Of a stretch of DNA of 64,000 nucleotides, positions 49,464 through 58,906 are shown piece by piece; position 1 is the stretch's first letter; each line of letters starts with the position of its first letter. The stretch lies in assembly GCA_902537615.1 (NCBI GenBank), contig CACBBU010000002.1:75334-139333 (forward strand), in the 5' to 3' direction. Source of the DNA: an uncultured Alphaproteobacteria bacterium. GTDB taxonomy: Bacteria > Pseudomonadota > Alphaproteobacteria > Methylaequorales > Methylaequoraceae. Position numbers and translations under genes: made by a program. The notes under the pieces are model-generated. The model saw nothing but the letters and a program-made list of their open reading frames with translations. It was not told where the DNA came from and did no database searches.

Positions 49464-51827
49464 CTATTTACTTGTTGCAACGTAAACACCGTCCCAATCT
49501 TTTGGAGGAGGGGAGGTCTTAAATTCATCAATTCTTTGTTTCATTATTTCATAGTATTCATTCATTAAATTATTACAAAGATTTTTTGCCAAATCCATTT
49601 CATTTAAACACTTTTCCCATTCTTGTCTAAAGTAATTTTTTAGGATATTTTTATGCTTTTCTTCTAAAGTTTTAAACTCATTACTTTTTTTAAACTCTGA
49701 ATCACCAGCTAAAGTAAATATTGTTACAGCTTCTTTTTTTCCTTTAACAGCAATCATATCCAATTGTAATGTTGCATATAAATCTTTTACACTTTCGTTA
49801 GTTTCTGGACCAATTACTGTTTTTACACCATAGCTTTTTGATTGCCCCTCAAGTCTAGCAGCTAGATTAACAGAATCACCAAGAACTGAATAATCAAATC
49901 TCTGGTCAGATCCCATATTACCAACAACACACCCACCAGTGTTTAAACCAATACCAATCTTTAACTCTAAATATTTTTTATTTTCAGATTTCGCTTCCTT
50001 TTCTCTTTCAGCATTTAGATCCGCCATTACAGCATGCATTTTGAGAGTAGCATCACAGGCCATTTTTTCATGACCATCAACATCAATTGGAGCATTCCAA
50101 AAAGCCATAATACAATCTCCCATATATTTATCAATCGTGCCATTAACGTTGATAATTTCATTAGTAAGAGGTGTTAAGAATCTATTTATTAATTTAGTTA
50201 AACCTTGTGGATCCGATTTAAAAGATTCTGAAATAGTGGTAAATCCTCTTACATCACAAAATAAAAATGTCATTTTTTTAGTTTCCCCACCTAAAACTAA
50301 TTTATCAGGATCTTCTGCTAGTTGCTCTACCAATGCCGGAGAAAGATATTGTGAAAAAGCACCGCGAATCTGTTTTTTTTCGTTTGCATCTCTTAAATAG
50401 TTGGCAAAAGTGTTCCCAAAATATATTAAAAAAGTAGAAACACCTGCAAAAGTTGGGTCAAATAATGTTTTTTCTTCCAGAAAAAGCTTTAAACTTATAT
50501 AAAAAGCAGTGCTTATAACCGCGACCAATAAAGAAATATTTACAATCGGACCAAACCTAAGTGCTGATATTGTTATAAAGAACCCCAAAAGTATTGTAAA
50601 AATTCCTTCATAAAACTTCATATTTGTTCCAGATTTTAAGAAGGGAGAACCTGAAATTTTCACTTTATTTTTTTCATTTAGAGCCTCTTCTTCAGTCATT
50701 CCATTTTTAATTGCTTTCTTATACGCTATATCAGCATTCTTTGTGGAAGTATAAAATAATATAGCGGAGATTACTGTATCAATCAGATTAGCGTGTATTT
50801 CAACACCAGGCATTCTATCTTCAACAGGTGTAAACCTAATGTCTTTAAGACCTGTTGCTGATGTTCCAAGAATTCCTAACTTTCCCTGAAGTCTCTCTTT
50901 TCCAACTCTTCCTTTGATAATGTCTGCAGCACTGACATAATATCTTTTCTCTTTTTTAATAGAATCAGATTCACCATAATAAATCCAAACCCTTCCATTT
51001 TCATCTGTAGGAATTGCTGCATTACCAATTGCCTTTGTTTGAATTATAATTTCCTCAACACCGTTTATTCCAGTTCTTGTCGCAATACTGTTACCTTGAA
51101 ATGCAACTCTTATCATTTCTAGACCAAGTGTTGGTCTTACAGTTCCAGCAACATCTGAAATTAACGGTACACGTCTTATAATTCCATCTGGTTCTTCGGC
51201 AACAGACACAGTTCCTGCACCAGATGCTGCTTGCTCAAATTCAGTAACATTAGCCAATAATCCAGGATAGGTTATTAACCAATTTTTTGGATTCTTGTTT
51301 TTACCCAAAAAAACTTTAACAGAGGTATCTCTTATATCATCTCGTTCCGCATCACCAGTAACGTCAAGACCAGAGTGACCAATTACAGTCGGAAAGGTTT
51401 TCATAACATCTCTTGCAATAGACTCATTAGACGGAAGTTTCTTAAGAATATCAGCTACTTTTGGATTTCTTTTTTCTAGATCCCTTGCTATTAAAGTTGG
51501 GGATGTTCTGTCCTTTTCAGCAAATAATACATCTAGTCCAAGAACTAGCATACCAGATTCTTTGGACTTTTGAAAAAGCTCAGCTAAAACTGTTCTGGGC
51601 CAAGGCCATTGACCAATCTCTCGAAGTGACGCCTCATCAATATCAACTATTACAGAATAGGTTTGACCATCTGTAGATCTTGGGTATTTTTTTTGAAGTT
51701 GATCAAAATACTTTAGTCTCATTACTTCAACTACTTGCGGGTCAATAATCCTTACTCCACCTAAAATAATGGCCGCAATTATTGAAAGTAATGTAACTAT
51801 GAGTCTAAAACTTAATTTTAATTTCAT
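49464..51827 (-). CDS. CHASE2-domain membrane adenylate cyclase
   Basis: IVDIDEASL..IGQWPWPR, MPGVEIHAN, three TM helices, FCDVRGFT, DKYMGDCIMAFWNAP, GDSVNLAARLEG; ATG at 51827 lies 1 nt after the HlyD stop. Confidence 0.93.
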   Translation of the reverse strand: MKLKLSFRLIVTLLSIIAAIILGGVRIIDPQVVEVMRLKYFDQLQKKYPRSTDGQTYSVIVDIDEASLREIGQWPWPRTVLAELFQKSKESGMLVLGLDVLFAEKDRTSPTLIARDLEKRNPKVADILKKLPSNESIARDVMKTFPTVIGHSGLDVTGDAERDDIRDTSVKVFLGKNKNPKNWLITYPGLLANVTEFEQAASGAGTVSVAEEPDGIIRRVPLISDVAGTVRPTLGLEMIRVAFQGNSIATRTGINGVEEIIIQTKAIGNAAIPTDENGRVWIYYGESDSIKKEKRYYVSAADIIKGRVGKERLQGKLGILGTSATGLKDIRFTPVEDRMPGVEIHANLIDTVISAILFYTSTKNADIAYKKAIKNGMTEEEALNEKNKVKISGSPFLKSGTNMKFYEGIFTILLGFFITISALRFGPIVNISLLVAVISTAFYISLKLFLEEKTLFDPTFAGVSTFLIYFGNTFANYLRDANEKKQIRGAFSQYLSPALVEQLAEDPDKLVLGGETKKMTFLFCDVRGFTTISESFKSDPQGLTKLINRFLTPLTNEIINVNGTIDKYMGDCIMAFWNAPIDVDGHEKMACDATLKMHAVMADLNAEREKEAKSENKKYLELKIGIGLNTGGCVVGNMGSDQRFDYSVLGDSVNLAARLEGQSKSYGVKTVIGPETNESVKDLYATLQLDMIAVKGKKEAVTIFTLAGDSEFKKSNEFKTLEEKHKNILKNYFRQEWEKCLNEMDLAKNLCNNLMNEYYEIMKQRIDEFKTSPPPKDWDGVYVATSK

Positions 51828-51828
51828 T

Positions 51829-53562
51829 TTATGGCTCCGCAAAACTATTACCTAATGTCCTTATTAAAGGATAAATAAAATAGGTAATAAGTTTTCTTTT
51901 ACCAACTCTAAACTTTCCTGAAACCTTCATTCCTGGCATTAGATTAAATCCAGGCGGTGTGTCTTTCAGCTCATTTCCAGTGATTTGCGCTCTTGCTCTG
52001 TAAAAGTTACCGGAGTTTCCATCTACATCCTCATCTACTGTATCAGCAGAAACATAAATAAGTTTTCCTTTCAACTCTCCATGCTTTTGAGCTGGTAAGG
52101 CGTTTAATTGTATTTTAACTGATGTGTCAGGAATTAATTTACTTATATCAGATGGATCAACATCAAAAACAGTAAGTAACTCAACTCCTGTTGGAACAAG
52201 TGTTACTACACTTTTACCTTTGGTTATTACAGCGCCTGAATAAAGAGAATGAAGGTCTAGTACCATTCCGTCAGAAGGTGCCCTTACAATAACATCAGTT
52301 TGTCGCCTTTCCAGTTTCTTCAAGTCCTCTTGCATACTCATACGTTGATCCTCTAAGGAAACAAGTTCGTCATTTATTCCACCAAAAAACTGGCTTGTGT
52401 ATTCCTTTCTATTGGATTTAAGCTCACTAAGTTTATTACTTGTTTTGGTAAATTCCTTTTCTAAAGATAATCTTTTATTTTTTTCAGCTAAGACCTGTGA
52501 TTCAGCAACTAGATCTAAATCAAAAAGTTCTTTTTTTGAATTTTCAAGCTGCTTTTGAATATCCAACTGTTCCTTTACGTATTTTAAATCATCTTCTGTG
52601 GATGATATTTGTTGATCTAGAGATGCTTTTTTGGCTAAGTATTGATCTTTTTTGTCTTTAAAAATTTTATTTTGTCTTTCATCTTTAGGGTCGCTGACAC
52701 TAATACTCGTTCTTAGTAATGATTGCTTTTTTAATCTATCAATTTTTGAATTTATAACACTAAGCTGATAATTAAGTTTCATTCTATCAGCTTTCTGAAG
52801 GGTTGAATCAAAAGTGAGAAGAGCTTCTCCTTTTTTTATGCTTTGTCCTTTTTTAACATAGATATCTTTAACAACTGAATCAAAGTTTGATTGAACTTCA
52901 ACATTCGGAACAATTGTTGTTATTTTTCCTGATGCAGTAATTGTTGTATCTACTTCAGAGATAGATCCCCACAGAATTAAAAAAAAAACTAAAAAAGCAA
53001 AAGAGTATACGGAATATTTTACAGATTTAGGGACAGCTTTAGATTTTATTCTATCAATATCGTCATCAAATTCATCTAATAACTCATTCATCAATTCAGA
53101 ATTAACTTTTTTCTTCTTTTCTTCTTCGGATAATTCTTTTTTATCGTTATCTTCATCAACCTGGCTAGAATCTGAATCAGAACTGAAAGCATCAACTGAC
53201 AGTTTTTCATTAGCATTTCTTGCGTAGCTTGCTAATTGTTGCATCATATTAAAAGCTGTTTGAGGAGAGTTTTTTAGGTAACCTAATAATGCATCTTTAT
53301 CTATTTCTTTAACTACTGCCTCATCAACAGCTCTAGCCATTGCACTTCTAGGTTGTTTATCTATTAAGGCCATTTCACCAAAAAGAGCATTTTTTTCTAA
53401 AATTGAAAGTGTTACATATTCGTCACCATTAAACTTACAAACTTCAATTTTTCCTTTGACAACTTGGTAAGCATAATCACCTACCTCACCCTCTCTAAAT
53501 AGAACATCTCCAGCAGCTAAATTTCTTAATGCGGGTTGTGTAGTTTTTTTCTGTTTACTCAT
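51829..53562 (-). CDS. cNMP-binding domain fused to HlyD-family membrane fusion protein
   Basis: N-terminal LFREGEVG and FGEMALIDKQPRSA; acidic linker; TM helix; RAPSDGMV, LMPGMKVSG, GKRKLITYFIYP. Confidence 0.9.
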   Translation of the reverse strand: MSKQKKTTQPALRNLAAGDVLFREGEVGDYAYQVVKGKIEVCKFNGDEYVTLSILEKNALFGEMALIDKQPRSAMARAVDEAVVKEIDKDALLGYLKNSPQTAFNMMQQLASYARNANEKLSVDAFSSDSDSSQVDEDNDKKELSEEEKKKKVNSELMNELLDEFDDDIDRIKSKAVPKSVKYSVYSFAFLVFFLILWGSISEVDTTITASGKITTIVPNVEVQSNFDSVVKDIYVKKGQSIKKGEALLTFDSTLQKADRMKLNYQLSVINSKIDRLKKQSLLRTSISVSDPKDERQNKIFKDKKDQYLAKKASLDQQISSTEDDLKYVKEQLDIQKQLENSKKELFDLDLVAESQVLAEKNKRLSLEKEFTKTSNKLSELKSNRKEYTSQFFGGINDELVSLEDQRMSMQEDLKKLERRQTDVIVRAPSDGMVLDLHSLYSGAVITKGKSVVTLVPTGVELLTVFDVDPSDISKLIPDTSVKIQLNALPAQKHGELKGKLIYVSADTVDEDVDGNSGNFYRARAQITGNELKDTPPGFNLMPGMKVSGKFRVGKRKLITYFIYPLIRTLGNSFAEP

Positions 53563-53563
53563 T

Positions 53564-55729
53564 TTAAACAGCCTTTTTAAAAATTTTATGTGATGAAGAT
53601 TCGCCTAAAATAGAACTTTGTTTTTTATAAGTTTCACTAAAAAAGCCTGGTTCATTCTTCAAACTTTCAAACGAACCTTGCTGAGAAATTTTCCCATTAT
53701 CTAAAACAAAAATTTTATTACAAAGTCTTAAATGATAAAGCCTATTCGACACAATAACCACAGTTCTTCCTAAAGCAATATCAGGTAAGCCATCATAAAG
53801 TTTAATTTCACTATCTACATCAAATCCACTCATTGCATCATCAAGAATCAATATTCTTGGATTTCTAATTAACGCTCTTGCAATAGCAAATTTTTGTCTT
53901 AAGCCAGTAGAAATATTTGATGCATTTTCTTCTAAAAAAGTCTCATAAGCATCTGGAAATGATTCAATTTCTTCATGAGCAAAAACTTTTTTTGTAGCCC
54001 AAGTAATTCTATCCATTGAAGAGTTTGGCATTGGTCTAGAAATGTTTTCTCTAATTGTTCCAGGAAAGAAATAGCTTTCTGCACCTACTAAAGACACTTG
54101 AGATCTTATGTGACTTAAATCGAGTAATCTTAAGTCTATGTTATCAAGTCCCACAATACCAGATTGCGGTCTATATAAACCTTGAATTAATTTTGCCATT
54201 GTACTCTTACCGCAACCACTTTTCCCAGTGATTCCAACTATTTGTCTTGGATCAATATCTAAATCTATTTCTTTTAGAATTTTCGTTTCATCATCATAAC
54301 CAAACTCAACCTTTTTAAAATTAATTTGTCCCATTAACTGTGGTTTTTGACCTCTAACAGTTGTCTCAGAATTAGCGTCGACAATACCTGAAACGATTTG
54401 TAATGACTGAACTAATTTTCCTATTTCAGTTTTTAAGGTTACCAAATCAATGATTGGTCTAGAAACTCTACCTGCAAGCATATTAAAACCAACTAAAATA
54501 CCAGCCGAAAGACCTCCTGAAAAAACTAAATGTACACCAACAAAAATGACCATTGCTGTCATTAATTGATTGATAGTGGAGGTTATATTGTTTAAAACAG
54601 AAGATCTTTTTTGCATTTCATCAGAAGCAACTATATAATTAGCTTCTATATCCCTCCATTGGTCTTTTAGGCCTGGTTCCAATGCTAAACCCTTAACATT
54701 TTCAATTCCATTAACACAAACTGAAATAAACTCTTGTCTTTGAGCGTCAGCTTTAGCGAGCCCACCCATTGCGTCTCTTTGTTTTTTTGAATAAAACATT
54801 GAAGCAAGCGCACCTAACAAACTAAAAAATAAAACAACCCCAAATAGAAGCGGACTATAAAAAAAAAGAATTGGAACGAAAACTAAGAGACTTATTGAAT
54901 CTAATCCTGTTGAGAGAATTTTTTGAGTTAATAATGTTTTAATTTGACTGATTTGTGAAGTAAATCTTCTAAAACTCAAAGATTCTCTGTGAAATCTTTG
55001 CATGGGTAAACTTACTAATTTTTCAAAAACTCTCACAGATAGTTTTGCTTCAATTTTTTGAGATAAAAAGTCAAGTAAATAAGACTTTAGGTACCCAAGG
55101 ATTCCATTGAAAATATAAGCAACTACAACACCTGAAGTTATTACATATAACGTAGAGTAAGCCTCATAGTTTACAACCTTATCTAAAACTAGCATCATAA
55201 AAACCGCAGGAATAACTGCAAAAATATTAAGAATTAATGCTACAATAACAACTTGGACAACAACTGATTTATTTCTAAATGATTCTCCAATTAACCACCC
55301 AATTTTAAGCTCACTTGTTTCTTCAAAAATCTTTAATTTAGCTTTCAATAGTACTACAGAACCATCCCAGCCTTTACGTAATTCCTTTAAAGATATTTGT
55401 TGAGGTTTTGGATTTGATATACCAGCGTCTAAACAAAGAATAGATTTTTCATCCTCATTCGTAATCGCTCGCAAGGCAATAATATATCTTCCATTTTTTA
55501 GTTTTAATATTTGCTGTTTTTTTGTTAGAAGCTTTAAGAGTTCATTTTCACTTATTTTTGCAGCTTTTGCTTTTAAGTCAAAAGACTTAGCTAGTTCACA
55601 CATTTCTTTTAGAGATAGTTCTCTATCATCTATTTTAAATCTTTCAGGAATATCATTTGGTCCGATATGAATACCCAATTGTCTAGCAACAAGAATTAAT
55701 GATTTTTGAGAACCACGTATAGCTTCCAT
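53564..55729 (-). CDS. HlyB-type T1SS ABC transporter with inactive C39-like domain (degenerate NBD)
   Basis: C39-like region lacks catalytic Cys/His (SQKSL, GRYII); LVLDKVV TMD; GKSGCGKST; ISTGL; ILDDA; SNRL. Confidence 0.9.
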   Translation of the reverse strand: MEAIRGSQKSLILVARQLGIHIGPNDIPERFKIDDRELSLKEMCELAKSFDLKAKAAKISENELLKLLTKKQQILKLKNGRYIIALRAITNEDEKSILCLDAGISNPKPQQISLKELRKGWDGSVVLLKAKLKIFEETSELKIGWLIGESFRNKSVVVQVVIVALILNIFAVIPAVFMMLVLDKVVNYEAYSTLYVITSGVVVAYIFNGILGYLKSYLLDFLSQKIEAKLSVRVFEKLVSLPMQRFHRESLSFRRFTSQISQIKTLLTQKILSTGLDSISLLVFVPILFFYSPLLFGVVLFFSLLGALASMFYSKKQRDAMGGLAKADAQRQEFISVCVNGIENVKGLALEPGLKDQWRDIEANYIVASDEMQKRSSVLNNITSTINQLMTAMVIFVGVHLVFSGGLSAGILVGFNMLAGRVSRPIIDLVTLKTEIGKLVQSLQIVSGIVDANSETTVRGQKPQLMGQINFKKVEFGYDDETKILKEIDLDIDPRQIVGITGKSGCGKSTMAKLIQGLYRPQSGIVGLDNIDLRLLDLSHIRSQVSLVGAESYFFPGTIRENISRPMPNSSMDRITWATKKVFAHEEIESFPDAYETFLEENASNISTGLRQKFAIARALIRNPRILILDDAMSGFDVDSEIKLYDGLPDIALGRTVVIVSNRLYHLRLCNKIFVLDNGKISQQGSFESLKNEPGFFSETYKKQSSILGESSSHKIFKKAV

Positions 55730-55765
55730 ATCCTTATTTAATCACATAGAGAATTAAAAACAAAT

Positions 55766-55801
55766 AAAAAAAACCCCCTGTAAATAATACAGAGGGTTTT
55801 T
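55766..55801 (-). terminator. Rho-independent terminator after the 252-aa gene
   Basis: On + reads AAAAACCC-C-CTGTA-AATAA-TACAG-A-GGGTTTTT; the T-run follows on the minus strand. Confidence 0.8.
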
Positions 55802-55836
55802 AAAAGTTGACGAAGTAAACTTTAGATTAATAGTCC

Positions 55837-56595
55837 TTAGACTACATCGTCAGTTGGATCATCAGGTGGTGGAGGCGGAGCCATTCCGTCGCCATCCATA
55901 TCCGCTCCTGGAGGAGGTCCTTCGGGTCCTTCGGGTCCTGGTCCATGATGTGCACCTGCATCATCCATATGAGAGTGCATTCCTCCCATATCGTCGCCTG
56001 GTGGTCCCATTGGTCCATCTGGTCCTGGTCCCATATCCCCTGGAGGTGGTCCCATTGGTCCATCAGGTCCCATCATTGGATCGCCTGGAGGTGGTCCTCC
56101 TGGATCACCTGGAGGTGGTCCGCCTGCTGGTCCATCTGGTCCAAATAATGGATCTGGTCCACCTGGTCCCATATCCCCTGGAGGTGGTCCCATTGGTCCG
56201 TCTGGTCCTGGTCCCATATCTCCTTCAGGAGGTGGTCCCATTGGTCCATCAGGTCCTGGTCCCATATCCCCTGGAGGTGGTCCATCACCAAATGCGGCAT
56301 CAACACTTTCGCCTGCTGCTTCAAAAGCTTGCATGGCGTCCATACCACTGTCAATAGCTGTGTCAAAACCTTCTTGAGCGGCGCTAGCCATGGTATCAAC
56401 CATTTCTGGAGGAGCACCCATATCAGTCATAGCTGCACCTGCTGCTTCAATTGCTGCGGATGCTGCTGCTGATGGATCAGCTCCGCCTTCAATTGCTGCA
56501 GTGTATGCGTCCTCAGCTGCAGTTCCAGCGGCATCTTCCATGGCATCAATTTGATCTTCAGTCATGCCTTCGGGCATGCCCATTTCTTCGGCCAT
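55837..56595 (-). CDS. Highly acidic Ala-rich then Gly/Pro/Met/Asp-rich protein (252 aa), putative T1SS cargo
   Basis: SD AGAAGGA 7 nt before the ATG; own promoter and terminator; lies between TolC and ABC genes. Confidence 0.8.
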   Translation of the reverse strand: MAEEMGMPEGMTEDQIDAMEDAAGTAAEDAYTAAIEGGADPSAAASAAIEAAGAAMTDMGAPPEMVDTMASAAQEGFDTAIDSGMDAMQAFEAAGESVDAAFGDGPPPGDMGPGPDGPMGPPPEGDMGPGPDGPMGPPPGDMGPGGPDPLFGPDGPAGGPPPGDPGGPPPGDPMMGPDGPMGPPPGDMGPGPDGPMGPPGDDMGGMHSHMDDAGAHHGPGPEGPEGPPPGADMDGDGMAPPPPPDDPTDDVV

Positions 56596-56662
56596 TTTAT
56601 TATCCTTCTATTAAGATTAAATTTTTGCGAGTACTTATTTATTAAGTCAATACAGTAATTTT

Positions 56663-56690
56663 ATTCTACTAAGTTTAAAAAGTTTTTCAA
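56663..56690 (-). promoter_or_regulatory. Sigma-70-type promoter of the 252-aa gene
   Basis: Minus strand TTGAAA-N16-TAGAAT. Confidence 0.6.
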
Positions 56691-56701
56691 CAAAAAATTT
56701 A

Positions 56702-58027
56702 CTATAGTTTTAAATATTGAAAATTCAGAAGACCACATTGATTTAGAAGTTCAAATGAAGATAAAATTAACTGAAATTGAGCATTAACTAAATTTGATTC
56801 TGATTGAGTAAGTTCTTTTTCGGCATCAAGAATGTTTAGAGTTGTACGTGTTCCTACACCCGCCTCTTTAGTTACTCCCTCTACAGCCATCAAATTTGAT
56901 TCTACTGATAATTTTAATGACCCAATACTTGATTTAGTACTTTCAATTTTTTTCCATGTTGATTGAATCTGAAACATTAAATCCAGCTTTTTAGATTCAA
57001 GAGATTTAAAAGTAGAAATTGCTGAATTTTTGGATTTTTCTAAATTATAAAAATTGTGTCCTTTATTAAAAATCGGTAATGAGACAGAGGCGGTAACTTC
57101 ATAACTATCCTTTCTTTCAAGAATTCTAGATGATTTAAGAGACTTGCCAACTGAACCACTAACAGAAAATTCAGGTGCAAAATTTAAACGACTTTTTTTT
57201 ATATCAAACTTAGAATTTTCGTGTACAAATTTAAGTTGAATAAAATCGGGGTTATTTTTTAAACCAATTTCAAGTGATTCTTTAAGAGAAGATGGTATTT
57301 TTGGTATATCACCAAACTTTGACCAATCCTTAGGGTTTGAGTTTGTTATAGTTTCCTCATTGGTATCAAACCAGTTAATTTTTGGCTCTCTTCCAACGAC
57401 AGTTTTAAAATCTGATATTGAAATATCTAAATTATTTTCGGATTCAATTCTCTTTGAGGTTGCTTCAGCTAAACGAGCTTTTGCTTGAAAAACATCAGTT
57501 TTTGTTACATCTCTGAACTCAAATCTTTTTTCAGTTGCTTCTAACTTTTTAATTAAGTTTTCCTCATTTTTTTTTGATACATCAAGTAAAAAATAATCCT
57601 TTAAAACTGTATAATAAGCTTTACTTGCTCTGAATAAAACAGACTGAGTAACAGATTGATCTTTGAGTTGAGAGATTTTAAGATTATTTCTTGATTGTTT
57701 GAGTGTAACCATTTTTTCATAACTCAATGGTTGTGTTAAATCTATATCAAAAGTTGTTGGGCTTAGAGTTGTATCACCGCGATTAGATGTATCAGGAAAA
57801 CTTCGGCTTATATTTCTTCCTTGTGAAGATGAAAACTCTAGAGAAGGGAGAAAATCAGTCTTTGAAATCTGGAGGTCTTTTTTCGCATTTTCAAGATCTT
57901 TTTTGCTTTTTTGAATATCTGGAAAAAAATTATAAGCATCTCTTAAAACATCGCCTAGTTCTTCGGCTTCAGAAAAAGTGGTAAAAAGCAATAGAAATAA
58001 AAGTAAAAGTTTATAACTGCCATTCAT
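56702..58027 (-). CDS. TolC-family type I secretion outer-membrane protein
   Basis: Signal peptide, FLPSLEF, TKTDVFQAKARL, GTRTTLNILDAE. Confidence 0.9.
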   Translation of the reverse strand: MNGSYKLLLLFLLLFTTFSEAEELGDVLRDAYNFFPDIQKSKKDLENAKKDLQISKTDFLPSLEFSSSQGRNISRSFPDTSNRGDTTLSPTTFDIDLTQPLSYEKMVTLKQSRNNLKISQLKDQSVTQSVLFRASKAYYTVLKDYFLLDVSKKNEENLIKKLEATEKRFEFRDVTKTDVFQAKARLAEATSKRIESENNLDISISDFKTVVGREPKINWFDTNEETITNSNPKDWSKFGDIPKIPSSLKESLEIGLKNNPDFIQLKFVHENSKFDIKKSRLNFAPEFSVSGSVGKSLKSSRILERKDSYEVTASVSLPIFNKGHNFYNLEKSKNSAISTFKSLESKKLDLMFQIQSTWKKIESTKSSIGSLKLSVESNLMAVEGVTKEAGVGTRTTLNILDAEKELTQSESNLVNAQFQLILSSFELLNQCGLLNFQYLKL

Positions 58028-58152
58028 AATAAAAATTTACATTTTTTACTTTAAAAAATCTCCTCAGTAATTTTGTATAACAATTCTTAAAAGATTTCAT
58101 TAATTAATTTTTTTCTTTAATTTATAGTTTCATTGTATTATAAGCAAATTTA

Positions 58153-58229
<77 letters not shown>

Positions 58230-58282
58230 CTTGTATGCAGTTAAGAAGGCAAGTAGTATAATTAATGAAGGAAGGAAATTAT

Positions 58283-58906
58283 ATGAAAACTTTACTTATT
58301 ATTTTACTGATTCTATTTTCAAAAGTTTCGTATTCAAATGATTATTTTAATGCCTTGGAACTTTTCAACAAAAGAAAAATTACCGAATCAGTTGAGTTAT
58401 TTAAAAATGTAGCAAAAGACGAAAAAAACCCAAAAAGAAGTGATGCAATGTATAACTTAGCGATTATTTTTGATAATGGGTTTGGTATATCAGCTGATAA
58501 AACTAGAGCTTTATTTTATTATGAAGCAGCATCAGAACTCTCTAATATGTATGCACAATATAATCTCGGCTGGAAATACTTTAATGGTGAAAATGTTAAT
58601 AAAGATGTAATTAAAGCCTTTCAATTATACAAAGCTGCCTCTGATTATGGTCATCCGCAAGCTATGTATAATTTAGCTCATATGTATTATTCTGGGGTTG
58701 GAACAGTGAAGAATTTAAAACTAGCTTATAAAATGTTTCTTAATGCTAAAATAAGTGGAATTGATGAAAGTAATTATTTTATTGAAAAAATTACACAGGA
58801 GCTAACTCCACAAGAATTAATTGTTCTTACTGAAGAGTTTGCATCGCTTATAGAGGAAAAGATTCCTTTACCAGTTGCATTGGATGATGATGAGAAGAGC
58901 AATTAA
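58283..58906 (+). CDS. Secreted Sel1-like repeat protein
   Basis: Signal peptide; three AxYNL(G/A)xxYxxGxG repeats; SD GAAGGA before ATG 58283. Confidence 0.88.
   Translation: MKTLLIILLILFSKVSYSNDYFNALELFNKRKITESVELFKNVAKDEKNPKRSDAMYNLAIIFDNGFGISADKTRALFYYEAASELSNMYAQYNLGWKYFNGENVNKDVIKAFQLYKAASDYGHPQAMYNLAHMYYSGVGTVKNLKLAYKMFLNAKISGIDESNYFIEKITQELTPQELIVLTEEFASLIEEKIPLPVALDDDEKSN

Noticed and set aside
55842-56645. Alternative-frame ORFs over the 252-aa gene
   Set aside because: Same shadow effect; only the 252-aa frame has an SD, promoter and terminator.
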